Below, piece by piece: positions 36,226-46,085 of a stretch of DNA of 46,678 nt. The position numbers were made by a program, and so were the translations under genes. How positions within the stretch are numbered: position 1 is the first letter of the stretch; every line of letters starts with the position of its first letter. The DNA is from Acidilobaceae archaeon (GTDB lineage Archaea > Thermoproteota > Thermoprotei_A > Sulfolobales > Acidilobaceae): positions 1 to 46,678 of the forward strand of contig JAWBBK010000004.1 of assembly GCA_038824665.1 (NCBI GenBank), given 5' to 3'. A model generated the notes under the pieces. That model worked only from the letters and a program-made list of their open reading frames with translations, was not told the origin of the DNA and ran no database searches.

Positions 36226-36294
36226 CCTTCTTCACCTACGCTATAGTCTAGATATTAGCCTCTTTACGGTTAGCGGTCTTAAGGAGGGAAGATA

Positions 36295-38238
36295 GTGGCT
36301 AGAGACTCTATGAGCAATCTTGACGTACACGTCTGGACCCTTAAAGGCGAAGCTGTTGACTGTTGGGTAGATAACGTGTATGGAGACCCTTCTCTTTTCT
36401 ATCTGAAGCTGAGATGCGGAGGCAAACTTAGAGTTTTAGTCATCGAGCCTTCACGTAGAATACATTTCACATCGAGACCATACTCTGAAAGTCTAGAAGG
36501 CTTTGTAGTAATGTTGAGAAAACTGGTTAGAGACAAGAGGATTGTAGGGCTACATCAACTAGGCTTCGATAGAGTGGTCTCTTTAGAGCTGAACGATAGT
36601 CATAAGCTTTTCGTAGAACTCTTGCCAAGAGGGGTAGCCGCTTTAGTAGACAGCTCGCAAACCGTAAAGGCTCTATCTCGTTCTTTAAAAACAAAAGACA
36701 GAGAGCTCTCTGTAGGCTCGGAGTACAGACCTCCTCCTCTTCAGCAAGAAAACCCTTTTTCAGTTGACCCTGAAGCCATAGCGAACATTGTCAAGAAAGG
36801 GAGAGATCTAGTCAGAGGGTTAGTGAGAGGACTTGGGCTTCCGGGAGAAGTAGCTGAAGAAGCTGTCTATAGAAGCGAACTCTTGAAAGAGACTAGCTCT
36901 CGCGAGCTGAACTTAAACGACTTCGAGAAGCTTTCAAACGCTCTAAAAGAAATATATCGAGAAGCTTTAGAGGGGAAAGGATATCTCTTTATTGAAGAAG
37001 AGCGAGCTGAAGCCTCTCCTTTCAGACCTCTCAGATTTCCTCAAGACAAAGTTAAAGTGTTCGAAACCTTAGATGAAGCTTTAGACGAACTCTTCTCAAT
37101 CAGATCCGCTAAAGTTGATAAAGAGGTTGAAGAAATTGTCAAGGAAAGAGAGAAGTTATCCGCTAGCCTTACAGAAGCAGAAGCTCTCGCCAAAAGATAT
37201 ATGGAAGAAGCTAGTAGACTTGAAAAAGCAGTCGAAAAGCTTGCAACAAACTACGCTTTGGTTGAAAGTATAGTCGAGTGTGTGACAAGTCGTTGGAGGT
37301 CCAGAACTTCTGAAGAGTGTTCAAACGTAGTAGAGATTGACTACAGAAACGGAGTTTACAGCTTCGTGATAGACGAGACCAGATATGAAGCTAGATATGG
37401 AGAGTCTCCTCAATCTATTATCGTAAGGCTCTATAAAGAAGCTGGTGAAGCTAGAGCTAGAGCTGAGAAGGCTTCTAGAGCTAGAGCTGAGATAGAATCT
37501 AGGCTCAAAGAGCTAGAGCTGAAAGCTAAGGCTAAAACCATTCAGTTAAGAGCTAGAGCGAGAAGCCTTCTGTGGTTCGAAAGATTTAGGTGGACTATAA
37601 CGACTAACGGCTTCTTAGTACTTGCAGGAAGAGACGCAGGTCAAAACGAAGTACTTGTTAGAAGATATTTAGAAGATAGAGACATATTTATGCATGCCGA
37701 TATTCATGGAGCTCCAGCTGTAGTGATAAAAGCCAAAGGAACAGAAGTGAGTGAAGAGGACTTAGAAGACGCTGCTGTGATAGCTGGATGCTATAGCAGA
37801 GCGTGGAAAGCTGGGCTTTCAGTTGTAGAAGTCTTTTGGGCATTCGGAAACCAAGTATCTAAGTCTGCTCCTCCAGGAGAGTACGTGAAAACAGGAGCCT
37901 TCATGGTCTACGGTAAGAGAGAGTACCTCAAGGTCAGACTAGCTTTAGCTATAGGAGTCGCTCTGAGTTCTGAAGGAGTTCCGTTGACTCTTGTAGGAAG
38001 CGAGAGAGTAGTATCAAGACACTCTTTGGCATATCTAATATTAGTGCCCGGAAGAAGGGAAGTAGATGAAGTAGAGCTTCTCAAAAAAGCTCTTTTAGAC
38101 GCTATAGATGAAGACTCTAAACCTTACGTCTTAGCTGTGAGAGAGCAAGAGTTCAGAGACAAAGTCCCCGGGAAGTTCGATATAGTTAAAGTCGCTAAAG
38201 GGAAAGGAGAGCAGATAGACTTGAAACTTTATGTCTAG
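36295..38238 (+). CDS. rqcH: Ribosome quality-control factor Rqc2/NEMF/RqcH
   Basis: MSNLD, FDRVV, ELLPRG, WFERFRW, GRDAGQNE, HADIHGAP, SRAW, GAFMVYG. Confidence 0.93.
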   Translation: MARDSMSNLDVHVWTLKGEAVDCWVDNVYGDPSLFYLKLRCGGKLRVLVIEPSRRIHFTSRPYSESLEGFVVMLRKLVRDKRIVGLHQLGFDRVVSLELNDSHKLFVELLPRGVAALVDSSQTVKALSRSLKTKDRELSVGSEYRPPPLQQENPFSVDPEAIANIVKKGRDLVRGLVRGLGLPGEVAEEAVYRSELLKETSSRELNLNDFEKLSNALKEIYREALEGKGYLFIEEERAEASPFRPLRFPQDKVKVFETLDEALDELFSIRSAKVDKEVEEIVKEREKLSASLTEAEALAKRYMEEASRLEKAVEKLATNYALVESIVECVTSRWRSRTSEECSNVVEIDYRNGVYSFVIDETRYEARYGESPQSIIVRLYKEAGEARARAEKASRARAEIESRLKELELKAKAKTIQLRARARSLLWFERFRWTITTNGFLVLAGRDAGQNEVLVRRYLEDRDIFMHADIHGAPAVVIKAKGTEVSEEDLEDAAVIAGCYSRAWKAGLSVVEVFWAFGNQVSKSAPPGEYVKTGAFMVYGKREYLKVRLALAIGVALSSEGVPLTLVGSERVVSRHSLAYLILVPGRREVDEVELLKKALLDAIDEDSKPYVLAVREQEFRDKVPGKFDIVKVAKGKGEQIDLKLYV

Positions 38239-39500
38239 ACTATAGCAGAGTCTTTGCAGACTGTTCCTTTTCTTACAACTCTATGAGGCCAAATCTTGCA
38301 GTTTTGAATAACAGCTCCATCTTCGATTACTACATCATCTCCTATAACGCTGTTCTCTATTCTAACCCCCGATCCTATTATAGAATGTCGTCCTATAACG
38401 CTGTTCTCTATTCTAACGTTCTCCTTGATTAGACATCTATCCATAATTATGGCTTTAGCGATGCGAGAACCATCGCCTATTTCAACATAGTTGTCCACGA
38501 CTGAGTTCTCTAAAACAGTTCGCGAACCGAGCTTCACATGTCTTCCAAGTAGCACATCGCCTTCAACGATTAAATCGCCTTTAGATATTCGCGCTATCAG
38601 GTCTTCGTGTTTACGTTTTGAGATCCTGCTTCTGCCTTGCATTTTGAGACCCTGATACTCTGTCTCTACGTCTAGGAGTTCGTTACTGAAGTTCTTGATG
38701 ACGTATAGGGAGGCCTCTATTAATCTCTCTGGAGTTCCTACATCAAACCAGAAGCTCTTTAGTCTGTAGCCAGCTACCCTTTCTCCTTTGTTTATGACTT
38801 TAGGTATGACGTGCATCCCGAAATCTCCTTCTCCTCTTTCAACCATTTCTGCGAACTCCTCAGACAAAAGAAAATCCACCATCTCTTGCGAGAGCACGTA
38901 TATACCTGTGTTAACGAGATTTGAAGGAGCTTGACTGAGATCTTTGGGCTTTTCAACAAACCCTCGAATCATTCCCTCGGGGCTGAGTTTGGCTACCCCA
39001 AAGTGCTTAAGTTCGTTGAGGTCTTCGATCTCTTTGAGAACGATTGTCATAAAAGCCTCTTTAGACTTATGAAACTCGAACACGTCTTTGACGTTTATGT
39101 AAGCCAATGTATCGCACTGAACTACGAGTACTGGCTCTCTTATCTTGTAGTAATCGAGAAGAACCCTTACAGAATGTGCGTTTCCGACAGTGTTCACGTT
39201 AGGCTGATAGAGCACCCTCACGATCTTGTAATTGTCTCCACCGAGTTGAACCTTAAAGTAGGAGCCGAGGTGGTCGTGAAGAGCTTTATAGTTAGTGTAA
39301 CCGCTTATCCCTAAGTAGAACTCCTCGATTCCCTCTATAGCTAAAAGCTGAATTATGAAGTCTATAAGGAACTTGTTAGCAAATCTTATCATAGCCTTCG
39401 AGGTCTCTACGGTGAGCGGATAAAGACGTGTGCCTAAGCCGCCCACCGGGATGAGAACCTTCGTTATTATAATTGAACACCCCTCGGTCTTTAGCTTCAC
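38235..39500 (-). CDS. Sugar-phosphate nucleotidyltransferase with left-handed beta-helix (start uncertain)
   Basis: GGLGTRLYPLT, FVEKP, NTGIY, DFG, WFDVG; hexapeptide repeats. Confidence 0.92.
   Translation of the reverse strand: MKLKTEGCSIIITKVLIPVGGLGTRLYPLTVETSKAMIRFANKFLIDFIIQLLAIEGIEEFYLGISGYTNYKALHDHLGSYFKVQLGGDNYKIVRVLYQPNVNTVGNAHSVRVLLDYYKIREPVLVVQCDTLAYINVKDVFEFHKSKEAFMTIVLKEIEDLNELKHFGVAKLSPEGMIRGFVEKPKDLSQAPSNLVNTGIYVLSQEMVDFLLSEEFAEMVERGEGDFGMHVIPKVINKGERVAGYRLKSFWFDVGTPERLIEASLYVIKNFSNELLDVETEYQGLKMQGRSRISKRKHEDLIARISKGDLIVEGDVLLGRHVKLGSRTVLENSVVDNYVEIGDGSRIAKAIIMDRCLIKENVRIENSVIGRHSIIGSGVRIENSVIGDDVVIEDGAVIQNCKIWPHRVVRKGTVCKDSAIV
38340..38417. repeat. 27-nt perfect direct repeat inside the hexapeptide region
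   Basis: tcctataacgctgttctctattctaac at 38340-38366 and 38391-38417. Confidence 0.9.
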
Positions 39501-39546
39501 TTTAAACTGTTTAGAAAATTCAGCTTAAATACTCATTCTTTAATTT

Positions 39547-40995
39547 CTAGAGCAGTTTCAACAAGCTTTTATACCCACATCTCTCGAGAACCCTTTTGGG
39601 GTCTTGGAGAACGAAGACCTTCTTCAGCCAGTTCTCGAAATCTCCACGAGCCACATGGAACTCAAGCGATTCGAGAGGAACTTCTACAAGAGCTTTCTCT
39701 AAATCGTCTATGCTACAAGCTCTAACTCCTATGTAAGCCTCCTCAGAGTTTTTGAAATAGAAGCAGAGTTCTGGAGGAGTTTTGAAAGCTTTGAGAAACT
39801 TACAAGGCTCAGAGCTTATTTCCGAAGCTATTCTCTCAGCGAGAAGCGATAGAGCATACATGTAGGTTGAGTGAGCTCTAAAAGGACTCTTGTAGGGATT
39901 GAAATAGCTGTGCACTTCTCCTGCAGGTCCTGTCTTTAGAGCCTGGTAGTAGAAGTGATCGCTAGCGCTCAGCAGTCTCCAATAGCGAAGAACAATCCCT
40001 CCTAGAGCTCTAGCGTAAGGGTATAGTCTAGCTAAACTCTTCAAAGCTATAGATTGCATCTCTGAACCGACCCAAGCAGACAGATCTCTTTCGTCAGCCC
40101 AGCTTATCGCTGTCCAACCAGGAACGTCGTATATTCCTATAGGTTTGTTGTTTAGAGCCGCTTCAGAAACTGTAGTGAACTTAAGTCTTGGACGTTTAGC
40201 GATCTCTCTCGGTAGCCACTCCAAAAACTCGTATATTCCTGTCTCAGGCCAGTGGTGTTCTCCAAAGGTTTCATAGTCCATAGCTATCAGAACTACGTCT
40301 CCTGGGCTCGCGTCGAGCCAAGAAGCGTATTTGTCTGCGGTCAGAGGATATTGATCCCAAGTTTTGAGGCTGAACCTGAAACCTATGTCGTCGCTGAGTC
40401 TATAGTTTCTTACAAGAACTCTGACATCGCAACCGTTAGCTAGATAAACGTGGTTAAAGCCTCTAAAAGATGAAAGCCATTCAACTCCTTCAGTCAAAAC
40501 TACTTTAAACCCCATGTCGTGGAGAGTGCAGGCTACATCGTTGTTGTATATAAACTCTGTGTTCTCAGCCGCAATAGGCTTTCTTCCTGTTAGCTCCTTC
40601 AATACTTTAACGTGCTCTAGAATCTGCTTAACGAACTCGTCTCTATCTATGAGCCAAGCTATAGAGTGGTAATAGGTTTGGGCTACAAACTCTACTCTCT
40701 CTGTAGCCGCTAGCTCTTCTATAAGAGAGTAAGCTTCTCGAGCCCACTTCTTCATACCCTCGAGAGCTAGACCAGAGATGCTGAGAGTGAATTTGAACTC
40801 CTCAACCTCTTTTAAAGACTTCAGTAGTATCCTTGAAGCCTTCTCGTAAACCCTTTTCGCTACTCTCTCGAAAACCTCTCTATTAAGTTCCCATTCGAAA
40901 AGGTCTTCAAGAGATGTTTTAGAAAAACTGGGATAAGGGTCTAGAGGTCTTAGCCTATAAGGTTGATGAATCTCAAAGAACAACACTACGTGCAT
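39547..40995 (-). CDS. GH57 alpha-amylase with C-terminal DUF5752-like domain
   Basis: HQP, TYYHS, NTE, LSDDIGFRFS, DYETFGEH, SWAD, SDH; C-terminal FYF...FH..RGDF..W. Confidence 0.92.
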   Translation of the reverse strand: MHVVLFFEIHQPYRLRPLDPYPSFSKTSLEDLFEWELNREVFERVAKRVYEKASRILLKSLKEVEEFKFTLSISGLALEGMKKWAREAYSLIEELAATERVEFVAQTYYHSIAWLIDRDEFVKQILEHVKVLKELTGRKPIAAENTEFIYNNDVACTLHDMGFKVVLTEGVEWLSSFRGFNHVYLANGCDVRVLVRNYRLSDDIGFRFSLKTWDQYPLTADKYASWLDASPGDVVLIAMDYETFGEHHWPETGIYEFLEWLPREIAKRPRLKFTTVSEAALNNKPIGIYDVPGWTAISWADERDLSAWVGSEMQSIALKSLARLYPYARALGGIVLRYWRLLSASDHFYYQALKTGPAGEVHSYFNPYKSPFRAHSTYMYALSLLAERIASEISSEPCKFLKAFKTPPELCFYFKNSEEAYIGVRACSIDDLEKALVEVPLESLEFHVARGDFENWLKKVFVLQDPKRVLERCGYKSLLKLL

Positions 40996-42581
40996 TGTGT
41001 AACACCGCTAGCTACAGCTCTATAGTAGGCCATTGTTCTAGCGAGTTCATAACAACCTCTGATCTGTTGAACTACAGAACTCTCTCTGAACAGAGTTTCG
41101 ACTCTTTTCAAACAGTTCTCTCTAATCTTTTCAAATCCTAGCTTTGCAAACCGACGAAGCTCAACAAGAGGTATCTCTTCTGGAGGAGTTCTACGAGACA
41201 GCCTGATCAAGGATTCAAGAGCTAGACCCGTTTCTATCGGGTCTTCTGGTCTTGTCAAGACGCCAGTTCCTTCATCGCTCCATCTTAGGTCTAGGACCAC
41301 TTCTTTGAGTCCTCCCACGCTCGCCGCTACCACAGGAACTCCGAGAGCTTGAGCCTCTATGGCCACAAGTCCAAAGGGCTCCCATCTAGATGGAACCACT
41401 AAGGCTTTGGATAACCTCACAAGCGCTAGAGCGTCTTCTCTCTTAACCCTTCCGACTACCGCAGTTACTCGGCCTCTCCTCTCCTCTACGAGCAACCTGA
41501 GATAGCTCTCAAACGCTGTGTCTCCAACCGGAAGCCCTAAGATCACGAGTCTAACCGAAGGAGCGTGATCTAGTGCTCTCACAGCTATATCAAAACCCTT
41601 CTGCCAAGTGAGCCTACCTAAAGCTACGACTAAGTTCTCTACACTGTCCAACCAACCCCACATTGAGCTCTGTGAGGCTATCGATTCTAGAAGACGCTGA
41701 AGAGTCCTTTCTGACTTCTCACCGTATCTGCTTTTTAGATATTCGTCTACCTCTTCTGCGCGAACGTCTGTAGAGTTATAAGCTACACAGGCCTTGAGTT
41801 CAAGCCAGGAGCCATATTTTCTAGTCAGCTCCTCTCTGAGATAGCTATAGCTCACTGTGGCTATAGCGTCTGCTTCGACAACACCGAAAGCTTCAACGCT
41901 TCCCCCGTGTTCGTCCCAAACATCTTTATAAGTCCTACAGATGTGAGAGTAGGGCCTCCAAACCAAGTGAGGGACTTCTTCTAGCCCTGACCAATCTCGA
42001 CTCGCGTAATGCCAAGGGAAGCTGGGAGAACCTGAGAGGTGTATCGTGAAGAGCAAGGGGAGAGCTACGCCTCTGCGCTCAGCCAGCTCTTTCACAACAA
42101 CTCCAGCTAGCACACTATGCCAATCGTTTACTTCAACTAGGTCGGGTAGCTGTGACCTTTCCGTAAAAGCTTTGATTGCTCTCGCGAAAAGCGATGCCTT
42201 TTCTTCTACGTTAAAATACACGTCCCACAAGTCAAAAGACGTTTTAGTGGATCCGTCTAGTCCTTTGAAGAGAATCAGCCTGACTTTATTTATAGTCGTT
42301 TCCTCTGCTCCTAAGCAATATCTATAGAACCTGCCGTCTAGTCCTCTCCTAAAGCCGCACTCTTTGAAGCCTGTGTCTCTGAGCCCTAACCTCTCTCTTA
42401 TCTCGGGATTTGCATGCCTCCCATGTGATGGCATGAAGACTGTGACGTTCAGTCCAGTTTTAGCCAGACTTTCAGCCCTAGTTCTGACCGCTTCGCCGAG
42501 ACCTCCTAGAGAGGCTACTCCAGAGTATTCGAACGTCAGGATCCATATCGTCTTGACTTCCAAAGGGGCATAGAGAACCAA
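40986..42581 (-). CDS. glgA: Glycogen synthase (GT-B)
   Basis: GGLG, PSHG, NDWH, TVS, GRLTWQKG, PSRWEPFGL..EA. Confidence 0.88.
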   Translation of the reverse strand: MVLYAPLEVKTIWILTFEYSGVASLGGLGEAVRTRAESLAKTGLNVTVFMPSHGRHANPEIRERLGLRDTGFKECGFRRGLDGRFYRYCLGAEETTINKVRLILFKGLDGSTKTSFDLWDVYFNVEEKASLFARAIKAFTERSQLPDLVEVNDWHSVLAGVVVKELAERRGVALPLLFTIHLSGSPSFPWHYASRDWSGLEEVPHLVWRPYSHICRTYKDVWDEHGGSVEAFGVVEADAIATVSYSYLREELTRKYGSWLELKACVAYNSTDVRAEEVDEYLKSRYGEKSERTLQRLLESIASQSSMWGWLDSVENLVVALGRLTWQKGFDIAVRALDHAPSVRLVILGLPVGDTAFESYLRLLVEERRGRVTAVVGRVKREDALALVRLSKALVVPSRWEPFGLVAIEAQALGVPVVAASVGGLKEVVLDLRWSDEGTGVLTRPEDPIETGLALESLIRLSRRTPPEEIPLVELRRFAKLGFEKIRENCLKRVETLFRESSVVQQIRGCYELARTMAYYRAVASGVTQCT

Positions 42582-42691
42582 ACAGACTCTCCGCTACACA
42601 TTTTAGCTGAAGAAATATAACTTAAGGAAGTTAATCTAGAACTTTTCTCTTATAAAGCTTAAAGACAGAGACCAGACTTCAGTACTACTCG

Positions 42692-44209
42692 CTAACGAAA
42701 GAACTCAGGGTAATATTGAGAAAGCATTCTCTTCATATCCGCTACTTCTCTAAAAGACCTGTAAGCTCTGTAAGCTACTAGTTCGAACTCCTCTTTTTTG
42801 TTTTCTATCAAATCTAGTACTTTCTCTAGCTTTTTGACTAGATCCTCATAATCGTGTTCGTTTATTTTCTTTGCTCTCTCATCATCTAAGTTAACGAACT
42901 CCTTCAATTCGCTTCCAAAGAGCCACCCGTTAACTCCATCTTCTATCATTTCAAGAGCTCCTCCATCTCTTGAAGCAATAGAAGGAACCCCATTGACTCC
43001 TGACTTCATATAGCTCGTACCACAAGCCTCCCAGCCAGGGAAAGGCGTGAAGAGTAAGACGTCAGCTCCTGAGAGAAGGTAGCGAGCTAGTTCTATCGAA
43101 TAGCTAGGGTAGAAAGCCAAGTTCTCAACCTCTTGAGAGAGGTGGTGTAGTCTCTCAGCCTGTCTGATGCCCCAAACATCGTTTCTATGAGGCTTTCCAG
43201 CTACCATTATGAAGATCCTGTCTCTAAAGTCTATCTCTTCCACTAGTCTCTCAACGAAGAACGGACGCTTGTATTTAGTTATTCTGCGAGCCCACACTAA
43301 AAGGATTCTGTTATTTACCTTCTTACCTGTCAGCCCAGCTATCAGTGAGGTCAGCTCTTCTTTTAGCTTAGCTCTCTCAACCGAAAGCTCCTGAGGACTT
43401 CCTATATCTCTTTCAACTCGTTTCCAAAACCCAAGGTCTACAGCGTTTGTGACATACCTCACTTTTCCAGCGTATTTAGGAAAGAGGGACTTCGTTATCT
43501 CAGCGTGTCTACGAGAAACAGCGAATATTTCTGAAGCCACTTCCATTATCGCTTCGCTCATAGTCCTAACGGAAGGTAAGGAGATATCAAGAACCTCCTC
43601 GGTCTCTCCCTCACAGAGAAGCGGATGTCCCCAAGGCCCAGGGGTATGTGTGACAAACCTGACAGTATAGGTTTTGGGTATCAAGTACGGCACTAAACCT
43701 AGATGAGCTTCTTGTACGTCGACATAGGAGTCTGAGCCTCCCGTTACCTTTTTAATTATCTCTGCCGCTATTGCTGAAGCCAATATGAACGATTGACACT
43801 CTCCACCATCTCCATATCTATAGAGGTAATCAAAGAGTTTGGCTACAGCCCTAGGTCTTTTCACATAGTACAAGAGAGCTCTTGCAGAACCCTCTCTATA
43901 CTCATAAACGTCTGCTTCCGCTAAGAACCTGCCGTTGCCTCCTCTAGCCACTACTGTCTTGACGAACCTAAGTCTTGACAAAAACTCTGAAGAGTGTCTG
44001 TGAGTGACCTCAATAAGCTTACCCCCTGGGTCTATGTCGTACTCCACATAGCCTCGCGGATAGAAGGGAGCTATAACTATATAGGGAAGCCCTGTTCTCG
44101 CAGCAACATAGAACTTGTCGGCTTCTAGCACTCCTAAACCTCCTGCGTAGTTAGCGCTTCCTCGAAGCGCAATTTCCATGGTGACACTGACTATGTTCTT
44201 AACTGTCAT
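42692..44209 (-). CDS. glgP: Alpha-glucan phosphorylase, short form
   Basis: YAGGLGVL, THTP, VTNAV, ARRITKYKR, AGKPH, EACGTSYMK (PLP Lys). Confidence 0.92.
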   Translation of the reverse strand: MTVKNIVSVTMEIALRGSANYAGGLGVLEADKFYVAARTGLPYIVIAPFYPRGYVEYDIDPGGKLIEVTHRHSSEFLSRLRFVKTVVARGGNGRFLAEADVYEYREGSARALLYYVKRPRAVAKLFDYLYRYGDGGECQSFILASAIAAEIIKKVTGGSDSYVDVQEAHLGLVPYLIPKTYTVRFVTHTPGPWGHPLLCEGETEEVLDISLPSVRTMSEAIMEVASEIFAVSRRHAEITKSLFPKYAGKVRYVTNAVDLGFWKRVERDIGSPQELSVERAKLKEELTSLIAGLTGKKVNNRILLVWARRITKYKRPFFVERLVEEIDFRDRIFIMVAGKPHRNDVWGIRQAERLHHLSQEVENLAFYPSYSIELARYLLSGADVLLFTPFPGWEACGTSYMKSGVNGVPSIASRDGGALEMIEDGVNGWLFGSELKEFVNLDDERAKKINEHDYEDLVKKLEKVLDLIENKKEEFELVAYRAYRSFREVADMKRMLSQYYPEFFR

Positions 44210-44321
44210 AACCTACGAGCACCACACTCGTTTTTTTACAGCTCAGGGATTTAAGAGGAAAAGCTATAGCTTTCTTTTTATTAAAAAGCATTAGACCTCG
44301 TGATTATCTAGTAAAAAGCTG

Positions 44322-46085
44322 TTAGAAACCTGAGGTCACTAGCTTCTTGTACTCTTTTACTCCTTCTCTAATGTACTCTTCTGAAACGTGACCTAAAGGA
44401 GTTGGTGTCTCGAGAATTCTACGAGATATTCTTACAGCTTCAGGCTCAAATCCTTCCTCTATTTTGAGTCTGTGTTTCTCTAAGTATATTTTCTTCCCAA
44501 GCTCAATTAGTTCTTCTTCAGTAAAGCTAAAGCCTAAAGACCTAAGAGCCTTGACTACTACGCTCTTACTGTAGACACCGCGTCCGAAAAGACATATTGC
44601 GAGAGAGTTCAAGATCTGTCTCCATGATTCTTCGGATGCTATTATTTTCACAGCCTCTGAAGGCTGAGGGATTTTAGATTTAGTTTTGACTAGACCTTCG
44701 TCTATAGAGTAAGCTCCTGCGTCTAGATGAGAGTGTCTCCAACCTATAGTTATAGAGAGATGATAAAGAGGTCCTGTGTGATAACCTGCAGGCTCTACTT
44801 TGTGGTATGCGACTGCGAACTCTAACCCTCCGTAGCGTCTGGCTGCCTCTTCTACTCCTAAAGCTAGAACTTTATAGAAATCGTTAGGTTGAGTCACTAT
44901 GTATCCAACGGCTTCAATGTAGCTTTTCCAATCGCCCCATTTGAGTCTTACGATAGTTTCCTTCTCTGTAACTAAGCCCTTCTCTAAAGCCTCAGTAGCC
45001 CAGGCTAGAACCACTCCTGTACTGATTGCATCGAGACCTTCTTCTTCAACTGCTCTAATCAGCTTCAAGAGTCCTATCGTATCTCCTATTTCGAGATTGC
45101 TTCCAAGAGCGTAGATCAGCTCGTAATCGTACGACACGTTCTCAACTTTGTAGAAATACTTCTCATCTTCGTACTGCTCCCTTATTCCCGCTAGGTGAAT
45201 ACAAGCTACAGGACAGCTCACACAAGATAGTCTTCTAGCTAGGTATTCTGCGAGCTTCTCGCCGCTTATGTTTTCAGCTAACTGAAAAGAGCCGCTTTGA
45301 AAGTTCTTTGTTGGCAAAGCTCCTAATCTGTTGAGAGGTAACACGTTCACAGCTGTTCCTAACTCGTGGTATTTCTTCGTGGGCTCACCTCTAGCTAGCT
45401 TGTATATCTCTTGATAAACCTCTCTATAAGCCTTAAGATCTGGTAGACCGAGAGACTTTTTGCCTATAACTACTACAGCTTTGAGCTTCTTAGACCCGAA
45501 GACCGCTCCTAGCCCCATCCTTCCAAAGTGCCTGTAGGTCTCAACCACTACGTTAGCGTATCTCACTAACCTCTCTCCAGCTCTCCCGATCCTCATTATA
45601 GTCCTAACGCCGGCTCCAGGAAGAGCTTCTCTAAGCACTTTGCCCACGGCTTCTGCGCTTCTCATACCCCATAGCGCTCCGGCGTCTCTAAACCTTACTT
45701 TCTCTCCATCAACGACAATGTAAACAGGTCTCTCGCTGACTCCTTTGATCACTAGAGCTCCTATTCCCGCAAACCTGATCGCTGCCGCTACTCTCCCGCC
45801 TGCATGAGTCTCAGAAACATACCCACTAAGAGGAGACTTGAAGACAGCTACGGCTTTAGAGGCCATAGGGTACAAAGCAGTTAATGGGCCTACTGCAAAG
45901 ACTACAGTATTTTCAGGACCTAAAGGATCTGCTCTTCTAGGCGTTTCCTCTTTGTATAGCTGAACAGCTACCCCAGTGCCACCAAGCCACTTTTCGAAGA
46001 CGTCCCTTCTCTCTTCGACCCAGAACCTTCTTTTGGTCAAGTCTACATAAAGGACTTTAGACAGAGCTTTTAGGAAGTCAACCAC
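44322..46085 (-). CDS. aor: Tungsten-dependent aldehyde:ferredoxin oxidoreductase family enzyme
   Basis: KSPL, GRMGLGAVFGSKKLKA, CVSCPVAC, YE, GLDAISTG, SHL, LAICLF. Confidence 0.92.
   Translation of the reverse strand: MVDFLKALSKVLYVDLTKRRFWVEERRDVFEKWLGGTGVAVQLYKEETPRRADPLGPENTVVFAVGPLTALYPMASKAVAVFKSPLSGYVSETHAGGRVAAAIRFAGIGALVIKGVSERPVYIVVDGEKVRFRDAGALWGMRSAEAVGKVLREALPGAGVRTIMRIGRAGERLVRYANVVVETYRHFGRMGLGAVFGSKKLKAVVVIGKKSLGLPDLKAYREVYQEIYKLARGEPTKKYHELGTAVNVLPLNRLGALPTKNFQSGSFQLAENISGEKLAEYLARRLSCVSCPVACIHLAGIREQYEDEKYFYKVENVSYDYELIYALGSNLEIGDTIGLLKLIRAVEEEGLDAISTGVVLAWATEALEKGLVTEKETIVRLKWGDWKSYIEAVGYIVTQPNDFYKVLALGVEEAARRYGGLEFAVAYHKVEPAGYHTGPLYHLSITIGWRHSHLDAGAYSIDEGLVKTKSKIPQPSEAVKIIASEESWRQILNSLAICLFGRGVYSKSVVVKALRSLGFSFTEEELIELGKKIYLEKHRLKIEEGFEPEAVRISRRILETPTPLGHVSEEYIREGVKEYKKLVTSGF

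Noticed and set aside
37440-37565. GCTAGA-rich pseudo-repeats in rqcH
   Set aside because: Ala/Arg/Glu coiled coil plus codon bias
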